Below, piece by piece: positions 19,108 through 26,739 of a stretch of DNA of 64,000 nucleotides. Below the pieces are notes generated by a model. The model made no database searches. It had not been told where the DNA came from and saw only the letters and a list, made by a program, of their open reading frames with translations. Made by a program: the position numbers and the translations under genes. The stretch's first letter is position 1; the number at the start of each line of letters is the position of its first letter. This DNA is from Chloroflexota bacterium (GTDB lineage: Bacteria > Chloroflexota > Anaerolineae > Anaerolineales > UBA11858): assembly GCA_018648225.1 (NCBI GenBank), contig JABGRQ010000073.1, positions 26,064 through 90,063 on the forward strand. Reading direction: 5' to 3'.

Positions 19108-20064
19108 ATGGATATTGTATTAACTGGCTCCGTCGCCTACGACTACCTGATGACCTTCCCCGGTCTCTTCAAAGATCACTTTCTGCCCGAAAAGCTGGAT
19201 TCGATCAGCCTATCGTTTCTCGTTACTTCAATGGTGCGTCACCGCGGCGGAATTGCGCCCAATATTGCCTACACCCTGGCGCTGCTCGGCGGCAAGCCGC
19301 GCGTCATGGCCACCGTTGGCGAAGATTTTTCCGATTACCGCTCTTTTCTTGAAACTGCGGGCGTAGACACCAAACTGATGAAAGTTGTCGAAGGCAAATT
19401 CACGGCTTCGTTTTTCGCCAACACGGATGAATCCAACGCCCAGATTGCCAGTTTTTACCCCGGGGCCATGGATCACGCCGGGGAGTTGTCTTTTCACGAC
19501 CTCGCGAACCAACCCGATTTGGTGGTTGTCTCGCCCAATGCCCCCGATGCGATGGTGCAATATCCCGTCGAGTGTCAGGCCCTCGGCATTCCCTATCTTT
19601 ACGATCCCAGCCAGCAAATTCCGCGCATGAGCGGTGAAGATTTGCGCGCCGGTGTGGAGGGCTGCTGCGCCCTGATGGTTAACGACTACGAATTTGAATT
19701 GGTCAAGAAAAGCACCGGGATGAGCGAAGCTGAAATTTTGGGTGGCCGCGCCTTCACAGTAGTGACGCGTGGCAAAGATGGGGCTTCTATTTACGTGGGC
19801 GACGAAGAGATTCGCACCCCCGTGGTGACTCCTGCTCAAATCGCCGACCCCACCGGCGTGGGCGACGCCTTCCGCGGCGGTTTCCTGACGGGTTATTCTC
19901 ACAGCCTCGATTGGGAAATCTGCGGTAAAATTGGCGCTTTGGCGGCCACATATTGCCTGGAATCTAAAGGCACCCAAGAACACAGTTTCACCCCCAAAGA
20001 ATTCATAACGCGCTTCCGTGAACATTTTGATGATGATGGCGCGTTGGATGTATTAATTCGTTAA
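19108..20064 (+). CDS. PfkB-family carbohydrate/nucleoside kinase (adenosine kinase-like)
   Basis: PfkB signature DPTGVGDAFRGGF near the C-terminus and an N-terminal GSVAYD motif. Confidence 0.85.
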   Translation: MDIVLTGSVAYDYLMTFPGLFKDHFLPEKLDSISLSFLVTSMVRHRGGIAPNIAYTLALLGGKPRVMATVGEDFSDYRSFLETAGVDTKLMKVVEGKFTASFFANTDESNAQIASFYPGAMDHAGELSFHDLANQPDLVVVSPNAPDAMVQYPVECQALGIPYLYDPSQQIPRMSGEDLRAGVEGCCALMVNDYEFELVKKSTGMSEAEILGGRAFTVVTRGKDGASIYVGDEEIRTPVVTPAQIADPTGVGDAFRGGFLTGYSHSLDWEICGKIGALAATYCLESKGTQEHSFTPKEFITRFREHFDDDGALDVLIR

Positions 20065-20073
20065 GGAGAAAAA

Positions 20074-21492
20074 ATGTTAGACACTGTATTGAAAGAAACA
20101 ACGACTGATTATTATGTGGCAGATATGTCACTTGCCGAATGGGGTCATAAAGAGATCGCCATTGCCGAAAAAGAAATGCCCGGTTTGATGACCTTGCAGA
20201 AAAAATATGGCCAGGCAAAACCCTTAGCTGGCGCGCGGATTGCAGGCTCACTGCATATGACCATCCAGACCGCTGTGCTGATAAAAACACTCGTCAAATT
20301 GGGCGCAGATGTGCGCTGGGCTTCCTGCAATATCTTCTCCACGCAGGATCACGCAGCCGCCGCGGTTGCTGATCTGGGTATCCCCGTTTTTGCTTATAAA
20401 GGCGAAAATCTGGACGAATACTGGGAGTTCACCCACCGCATCATGGAATGGGCAGACGGCGGCACCCCCAATCTCATTTTGGACGATGGCGGCGATGCTA
20501 CCCTTCTTGTAATTCTTGGCTCCAATGCCGAAAAAGACCCCTCCGTGCTGGATAATCCCGGCAGCGAAGAAGAAGTTGCCCTCTTCACTGCCATCCGCAA
20601 ACGCCTGAGCGAGAAACCCGGCTGGTACGGCGAACGTCTCGAAGCCATTCAGGGTGTCTCTGAAGAGACTACCACTGGTGTACATCGCCTCTATCAACTC
20701 TTTGAAGAGGACAAACTCCCCTTCCCCGCTTTCAATGTCAACGATTCTGTCACTAAATCTAAATTTGACAATCTTTATGGCTGCCGCGAATCGCTCGTGG
20801 ATGGCATCAAACGCGCCACCGACGTCATGATCGCTGGCAAGATCGCCGTTGTGCTTGGTTATGGTGATGTTGGTAAAGGCAGCGCCCAGTCTTTGCGCGG
20901 TTTGGGTGCCACTGTCTGGATTACAGAAATTGATCCCATTAACGCCTTGCAGGCAGCGATGGAAGGGTATCGCGTTGTGCGTATGGATGAAGTATGTTCG
21001 CAGGCTGATATTTTCGTCACCGCTACTGGCAACTTCCACGTCATTACCCACGATCACATGGCCCAGATGAAAGACGAAGCCATCGTCTGCAATATCGGTC
21101 ATTTCGACAACGAAATTGACGTTGCCAGCCTTGAACAGTACGAATGGGACGAAATCAAACCGCAAGTTGACCATATTATCTTCCCTGATGGCAAGAAAAT
21201 CATCTTGCTAGCAAAGGGACGCCTGGTTAACCTTGGTTGTGCCACGGGTCATCCCAGCTTTGTGATGTCCAACAGTTTCACCAACCAGGTTTTGGCGCAG
21301 ATGGAACTCTGGCAGAACAACGAGAAATATGAAAATCATGTTTACACGCTTCCCAAGAAATTGGATGAAGAAGTTGCCCGGTTGCACCTTGCAAAGATTG
21401 GCGTCAATCTGACCGAACTCTCAAAAGAGCAAGCCGACTATATTGGCGTTCACATTGAAGGGCCTTACAAACCCGATCACTATCGCTATTAA
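20074..21492 (+). CDS. ahcY: Adenosylhomocysteinase
   Basis: Canonical AhcY sequence ([66 protein letters not shown]). Confidence 0.95.
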   Translation: MLDTVLKETTTDYYVADMSLAEWGHKEIAIAEKEMPGLMTLQKKYGQAKPLAGARIAGSLHMTIQTAVLIKTLVKLGADVRWASCNIFSTQDHAAAAVADLGIPVFAYKGENLDEYWEFTHRIMEWADGGTPNLILDDGGDATLLVILGSNAEKDPSVLDNPGSEEEVALFTAIRKRLSEKPGWYGERLEAIQGVSEETTTGVHRLYQLFEEDKLPFPAFNVNDSVTKSKFDNLYGCRESLVDGIKRATDVMIAGKIAVVLGYGDVGKGSAQSLRGLGATVWITEIDPINALQAAMEGYRVVRMDEVCSQADIFVTATGNFHVITHDHMAQMKDEAIVCNIGHFDNEIDVASLEQYEWDEIKPQVDHIIFPDGKKIILLAKGRLVNLGCATGHPSFVMSNSFTNQVLAQMELWQNNEKYENHVYTLPKKLDEEVARLHLAKIGVNLTELSKEQADYIGVHIEGPYKPDHYRY

Positions 21493-21500
21493 ACCGTTAC

Positions 21501-21531
21501 AGGTTGAAGGTTGCAAGTTGAAAGTTAAGCC
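21501..21531 (+). repeat. Tandem TTGAAAG-type units, copy E4 (no inverted partner)
   Basis: AGGTTGAAGGTTGCAAGTTGAAAGTTAAG. 25 of 28 nt are identical to the left arm of E3. Confidence 0.65.
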
Positions 21532-21554
21532 CGTCGATTTCGGCGGGCTTTTTT
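21527..21554 (+). terminator. Rho-independent terminator after ahcY
   Basis: AAGCCCG ... CGGGCTT stem followed by TTTTTT. Confidence 0.6.
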
Positions 21555-21574
21555 AATGGTTTTCGTTGGTACAA

Positions 21575-21603
21575 TTCACATCCTGGATACATTTTTATAC
21601 AAT
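21575..21603 (+). promoter_or_regulatory. Candidate promoter of the ABC exporter gene
   Basis: TTCACA, a 17-nt spacer, then TACAAT. The predicted transcript start falls at the first base of hairpin E5. Confidence 0.4.
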
Positions 21604-21610
21604 GCTGAAG

Positions 21611-21679
21611 AACCACAAAGACTCAAAGTCACGAAGAAAACTTGATAGAAAACCTTTGTGTCTTCGTGACTGTGTGGTT
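21611..21679 (+). repeat. Tandem-octamer hairpin element, copy E5 (CACAAAG/CACGAAG type)
   Basis: Left arm AACCACAAAGACTCAAAGTCACGAAGA. The reverse complement of the right arm is AACCACACAGTCACGAAGACACAAAG. It ends 11 nt before the GGAGG RBS (21691-21695). Confidence 0.7.
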
Positions 21680-21699
21680 TACTTTTCTACGGAGGTCTT

Positions 21700-23646
21700 A
21701 TGGGCATGCACGGAGCTGGCTGGTGGGCTTACATCCGCCACGATGAGAAACAAGATCATACTAAAATCACTCGCGAGTTATTGCTGCGGGTTTGGGATTT
21801 TGCACAACCCTATCGCCAAGCTGTAATCGGCTTGCTGATTACTATTCTCTTAATTTCCAGTATCACGCTGGTTTCCCCGTTGCTATACCGCGATCTGATT
21901 GATAACGCCATCCCCAACGGCGATCTAACGCGCCTCAACTGGTTGGCTTTGGGCATGATCGGTGTGCCGCTTATAAATGGCGTGGTCGGCGTGTGGCAGC
22001 GGCGTTTGAATTCGGCGATTGGCGAGGGCGTCATCTACGATTTGCGCCGCGCCCTCTACGCCCATTTACAGCGCATGTCGCTGCGTTTCTTTACCCAAAC
22101 GCGCACCGGCGAGTTGATGTCGCGCCTCAACAACGATGTCGTCGGGGCACAGCGTGCCATCAGCAATATTCTCGTTTCGCTCGTCTCAAATCTGGTATCC
22201 GCGATCGTCACCCTGGGCATTATGCTGGCCCTGGAATGGCGGCTGACGCTGCTCGGGCTGGCGATTCTGCCGCTCTTCATCATCCCCGCACGGCGCATTG
22301 GGCGCATCTTGCGCCGCCTCAGTCGTCGCTCAATGGAGCTCAATGCCGAGATGAACGCATCCATGAACGAGACCCTCAATATCAGCGGAGCGCTGCTGGT
22401 CAAGCTCTTTGGGCGCGAGCAGCGCGAATATGACCGCTTCAGCCGTGACAGTGATTCCGTGCGCGATATCGGCGTGCGCTCGGCGGTAACCATGCACTGG
22501 TTCTTCATGTTACTGAGCGTAGTCAGTGCGGTGGGGTCTGCGGTGGTATTCTGGGTGGGTGGGCATCTGGTATTACGCGGCGAGTTCACTATCGGGACAA
22601 TTGTGGCTTTCGGCACCTATCTCACCCAGCTTTACAACCCGCTCATGGCCCTCACCAACGCCCAGATCGAATTCTCCCAGAGTATGGTCAGCTTTGAACG
22701 CGTTTTTGAAGTGTTGGATATTCCTGTGGAGATCGCCGAACGGACGAACGCCCGGCGCTTGACTCAGGTCAAAGGGCAGATTCAATTTGAAGATATTTCC
22801 TTCGCCTATGAGGGACTCGGCACCGAGAAGATCGGCCTGGACGAGATCGCCCGCTTCACCTGGTTCCGCGCCGATGAATCGCATCTCAAGCGCGGCAAAG
22901 AGAAGGCAGGCGAGGGGTCAGGTACCAGCCCCGAGGCAGGCGAGTCGCCCACCCAATGGGCGTTGCAAGACATCAATTTCAGCATCCAGCCCGGGGAGTT
23001 GGTTGCCCTGGTCGGTCCCAGCGGAGCGGGAAAATCTACCATCACCTATATGATTCCGCGGCTCTATGATCCCACCCACGGGCGCGTACGCATCGACGGG
23101 CAAGACATCCGAGGCCTAACCCTGAATTCGTTAGCCGAGAATATCGGCATGGTCACGCAGGAAACATACCTGTTCTACGAAACCCTCCGCGCCAACTTAT
23201 TGTATGCGCGGCCTGATGCCAGCGAAGCCGAAATGGTCGCTGCCGCCCAGGCCGCCAATATTCACGAACTCATCGCCGGGCTGCCCGATGGCTACGATAC
23301 GGTAGTTGGCGAGCGCGGCTACCGCCTGAGCGGGGGAGAACGCCAGCGTATGGCAATTGCGCGCGTCATTTTGCGCGATCCGCGTATTCTGGTGCTCGAT
23401 GAAGCCACCTCCAGCCTGGATTCACTCTCGGAGGAGTTAATTCAGCACGCGTTGCAAAAGGTTATGCGAGGCCGCAGCAGCCTGGTGATTGCTCACCGGC
23501 TTTCCACCATTCTGGCTGCCGACAAAATTCTAGTGCTCGATGGCGGACGATTGGTGCAACAAGGCAATCACGAAGAATTGCTCATACAAGGCGGTTTGTA
23601 TAAAACCCTGTACGAGACACAGTTTAAAGTAGATCCTGCACAATAG
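21700..23646 (+). CDS. ABC exporter, fused permease and ATPase (MsbA/type-1 exporter fold)
   Basis: Six TM helices, then Walker A GPSGAGKST, signature LSGGERQR and Walker B ILVLDEATS. Confidence 0.9.
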   Translation: MGMHGAGWWAYIRHDEKQDHTKITRELLLRVWDFAQPYRQAVIGLLITILLISSITLVSPLLYRDLIDNAIPNGDLTRLNWLALGMIGVPLINGVVGVWQRRLNSAIGEGVIYDLRRALYAHLQRMSLRFFTQTRTGELMSRLNNDVVGAQRAISNILVSLVSNLVSAIVTLGIMLALEWRLTLLGLAILPLFIIPARRIGRILRRLSRRSMELNAEMNASMNETLNISGALLVKLFGREQREYDRFSRDSDSVRDIGVRSAVTMHWFFMLLSVVSAVGSAVVFWVGGHLVLRGEFTIGTIVAFGTYLTQLYNPLMALTNAQIEFSQSMVSFERVFEVLDIPVEIAERTNARRLTQVKGQIQFEDISFAYEGLGTEKIGLDEIARFTWFRADESHLKRGKEKAGEGSGTSPEAGESPTQWALQDINFSIQPGELVALVGPSGAGKSTITYMIPRLYDPTHGRVRIDGQDIRGLTLNSLAENIGMVTQETYLFYETLRANLLYARPDASEAEMVAAAQAANIHELIAGLPDGYDTVVGERGYRLSGGERQRMAIARVILRDPRILVLDEATSSLDSLSEELIQHALQKVMRGRSSLVIAHRLSTILAADKILVLDGGRLVQQGNHEELLIQGGLYKTLYETQFKVDPAQ

Positions 23647-23770
23647 CGCTTATACTGGGCAGGAGTTCTCGCTTGCGATCGCAAAAAACCTGCAAATATG
23701 AGCATTTATTAATAGCTACAGAAATACCAACAACGCATGATACAATCCGGTGGAAATTCTGATTAGAACT

Positions 23771-23850
23771 TACGCAGTTCGCTAAAATATGTGCCGAAAA
23801 TAGGGGTGTGTTGGGCGCGAAGCGCCCAACACACCCCTATTTTCGGGTTT
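23771..23850 (+). repeat. Box-plus-GGGGTGT-hairpin element, copy B (candidate sRNA or leader)
   Basis: TACGCAGTTCGCTAAAAT box, then the 23-bp perfect stem GAAAATAGGGGTGTGTTGGGCGC-GAA-GCGCCCAACACACCCCTATTTTC. TGATACAAT lies at 23738-23746. Confidence 0.6.
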
Positions 23851-23889
23851 TGCCTGCGCAAGTCCTGCTTATAAAATTAGGAGATACAA

Positions 23890-25203
23890 GTGAAACAACA
23901 TTCTCAAAAGTTTAGTTGGCTGCTCATCGCAGCTTTGCTCCTTACCGCACTGACAGCCTGTCAGGCCGAAGAAGCTCCCGCAGCAACCGAAAGCGCCGAG
24001 ATCGAATCCATCCCCGCTGAAGAAGATGTAGTACCCACCATCGAAAGCGCCGTAACCTTCTTCACCGGCGATGCCACGCCTGTCCCCGAACCAATTGTGC
24101 TCGAAGGCGCCCTGGTCACCGAAAGCGGCCTGCAATACCTTGAAATTAGCGCTGGCGAGGGAGATACCCCACAAGCCGGGGATATTGTCACGATGGAAGT
24201 CGTTGGCAACCTGGCAGATGGCACCGAACTCGTCAACACATACGCGCAAGGCACGCCTGCAATTGCTATTCTGGGGCGCGAGCAACTGCTGCCCGGTTGG
24301 GAAGAAGGCATTATGCTGATGCAGGTTGGCGGCAGCGCGCAGCTTGTGCTGCCGCCTGAGTTGGCCTTTGGCGAAGAAGGCTACGGCATGATCCCGCCCA
24401 ACACGGAACTTATCATGGAAGTCACGCTAATTTCTGTTGAAGCGCCTCCTGTCCCCAGCGAAGTCGCAGCCGATGAAATGGTGGCTACCGAAAGCGGTTT
24501 GCAATACTACGATCTGGTTGAAGGCGACGGCGAAGTTGCCGAAGCCAACAGCAACGTTACCACCAACTACACCCTCTGGGTGCAAGGCGAAGAAGAAAAT
24601 ACCTTCATTGTTTCCTCCGATGGCAGCCAGCCCGTCTCGTTTGTGATTGGCCGCGGCGATGTCGTCTTCCCCGGCTGGGATGAAGGCGTTACCGGCATGA
24701 AGAGCAATGGCAAGCGCCTGTTGGTCATTCCCCCCGATCTAGCACTCGGCGAAACGGGTTCAGGCGAAATTCCTGCCAATGCCACGCTTATCATGGAAAT
24801 CGAACTCCTTGATGTCTTCAACCCGCCAACAATCACCGAGATTGACCCCGAAGAATTCACCACTACCGAGAGCGGCTTGCAATACTACGATATTATCGCC
24901 GGTGACGGTGCCACCCCCGAAGCCGGGCAAACTGTGGTCGTCCACTACACCGGCTGGCTCGCCGATGGCACCATGTTCGATAGCTCCCTTACCCGCGGCG
25001 AACCCTTCTCCTTTGTGCTGGGCGATGGTTATGTCATTGCAGGTTGGGATGAAGGTGTAGCCACGATGCAAGTCGGCAGCACGCGCCAACTGATTATCCC
25101 GTCTGATCTGGCCTATGGCGAAAATGGCGCGGGCGGTCTGATTCCACCCGATGCTACCCTGGTCTTTGAAGTCGAACTACTCGAAATTCAAGAATCCGAA
25201 TAA
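23890..25203 (+). CDS. FKBP-type peptidyl-prolyl isomerase lipoprotein with three tandem FKBP domains
   Basis: Lipobox LLTALTAC. Three repeats of ESGLQY...G.G..P..G..V...Y.G.L.DGT.F.......P..F..G.G.VI.GW. GTG start after AGGAG. Confidence 0.9.
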   Translation: MKQHSQKFSWLLIAALLLTALTACQAEEAPAATESAEIESIPAEEDVVPTIESAVTFFTGDATPVPEPIVLEGALVTESGLQYLEISAGEGDTPQAGDIVTMEVVGNLADGTELVNTYAQGTPAIAILGREQLLPGWEEGIMLMQVGGSAQLVLPPELAFGEEGYGMIPPNTELIMEVTLISVEAPPVPSEVAADEMVATESGLQYYDLVEGDGEVAEANSNVTTNYTLWVQGEEENTFIVSSDGSQPVSFVIGRGDVVFPGWDEGVTGMKSNGKRLLVIPPDLALGETGSGEIPANATLIMEIELLDVFNPPTITEIDPEEFTTTESGLQYYDIIAGDGATPEAGQTVVVHYTGWLADGTMFDSSLTRGEPFSFVLGDGYVIAGWDEGVATMQVGSTRQLIIPSDLAYGENGAGGLIPPDATLVFEVELLEIQESE

Positions 25204-25233
25204 GCGCAACCACAGGTGACAGTCACTTCATAG

Positions 25234-26637
25234 GTGATTGTCACCTGTCACACTCTTTCTGTGGAAATTCCAGCCGAGTTTCTGGCACGCATAAAAAATC
25301 AATTGGGGGATGAATTTGAAGCCTTTCTGGCTCATTACGATGAACCTGCCGAGATTGGTTTACGCGTCAACACACTAAAACTCATCCCCGCGGCTTTCGC
25401 TGAACGAACTCCTTTCAAGTTGGCACCTGTTCCCTGGGCGCCAGCCGGATTTTTAGTCGATTCCAGTGAACGCCCCGGCAAACACCCTTACCATACCGCC
25501 GGGCTATATTACCTGCAAGACCCTGCCGCAATGGCTGTGACCGAATTGCTCAATCCGCAGCCCGGCGAACGCATCCTCGATCTGGCTGCCGCGCCTGGGG
25601 GCAAAACTACCCATATTGCTGCCCGGATGCAAAACCGCGGTTTGCTGATCGCCAACGATCTGATGGCGCATCGCGCCCAAGTGCTGGCAAAAAATATCGA
25701 ACGCTGGGGGGCAACAAACACCGTCGTACTCAATGAGACCCCCGCACGGCTGGCAGCCCATTTTGGCGCTTTTTTCGACCGCGTTCTCGTCGATGCGCCC
25801 TGCTCGGGCGAAGGTATGTTCCGCAAGGAACCCGCCACCCGCAGCGACTGGATGCCCAAACTCGTCGAGAGTTGCGCCCTGCGTCAGGATACTATCCTCG
25901 CCGAGGCGGCTCTATTGGTGCGCCCTGGGGGAATATTAGTCTATTCCACCTGCACCTTCACCCCTACCGAAGATGAGGGCAGCATCGCCCGTTTTCTGAC
26001 CAAGCATCCCGAGTTCGAAATTGAATCCCCGCCGCGTTACCCCGGCTTTTCCCCGGGCCGCCCCGATTGGCTGGACGATGAGCATTTACAGAATCCAGCT
26101 TTGAAGCAATTAATACGCCTGTGGCCGCACAATGCGCCGGGTGAAGGTCATTTCATCGCCGTCCTGCGCAAAACAAGCGGGGAGGAGAATCCGCTTCGGG
26201 AGGCTCAGGCCACCCCGCCGGAGAACGCCGCGCGGCACGATTTCCAGCAATTCTGCACGCAAACCCTGCACCGGCAGCCCGATGAAACACACCTTTCCCA
26301 GCAAGGCGCATATATTTACACCCTGCCCGCAGGCTGCCCCGATCTACGCGGGCTACGCGTGGTTCACTGGGGCTGGTGGTTGGGGATAGCCAAGAAAAAC
26401 CGCTTTGAACCCTCACACGCTCTGGCAATGGGTTTACAACCCACTCAGATAAAAAACACTCACAATCTGGTCGTTGGCGATGCAGCCCTGGCCGCGTACC
26501 TGCGCGGCGAAGTGCTGTCATCACCCGGCGAGAATGGCTGGGTGATGCTCACCGTGGATGGCTTCCCGCTGGGGTGGGGAAAACGTGTGAACAATCGTAT
26601 CAAGCCACATTTGCCCAACTGGCTAAGACAGTTTTAA
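25234..26637 (+). CDS. RsmB/RsmF-like (NOL1/NOP2/Sun) RNA m5C methyltransferase
   Basis: SAM motif DLAAAPGGKT and catalytic Cys motifs DAPCSGEG and YSTCT. The start is uncertain; GTG 25261, after the 25212-25248 inverted repeat, is an alternative. Confidence 0.85.
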   Translation: MIVTCHTLSVEIPAEFLARIKNQLGDEFEAFLAHYDEPAEIGLRVNTLKLIPAAFAERTPFKLAPVPWAPAGFLVDSSERPGKHPYHTAGLYYLQDPAAMAVTELLNPQPGERILDLAAAPGGKTTHIAARMQNRGLLIANDLMAHRAQVLAKNIERWGATNTVVLNETPARLAAHFGAFFDRVLVDAPCSGEGMFRKEPATRSDWMPKLVESCALRQDTILAEAALLVRPGGILVYSTCTFTPTEDEGSIARFLTKHPEFEIESPPRYPGFSPGRPDWLDDEHLQNPALKQLIRLWPHNAPGEGHFIAVLRKTSGEENPLREAQATPPENAARHDFQQFCTQTLHRQPDETHLSQQGAYIYTLPAGCPDLRGLRVVHWGWWLGIAKKNRFEPSHALAMGLQPTQIKNTHNLVVGDAALAAYLRGEVLSSPGENGWVMLTVDGFPLGWGKRVNNRIKPHLPNWLRQF

Positions 26638-26716
26638 CGCAAGGCGCAGAGAAGCAAAGACACAAAGAAAAATATATGAAGAGTTTTGCGCCCTTGCACC
26701 CTTGTGCCTTTGCGTT
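26636..26716. repeat. Tandem-octamer hairpin element, copy E6 (GCAAAG/CACAAAG type)
   Basis: Left arm AACGCAAGGCGCAGAGAAGCAAAGACACAAAGAAAAA. The reverse complement of the right arm is AACGCAAAGGCACAAGGGTGCAAGGGCGCAAAA. Confidence 0.7.
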
Positions 26717-26739
26717 AAAAAACGTGTTAAAATCACCCC

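Noticed and set aside
23673-23684. TTGCGATCGCAA palindrome containing the cyanobacterial HIP1 core GCGATCGC.
   Set aside because: I noticed only this single occurrence in the window, so there is no evidence of HIP1-like over-representation.
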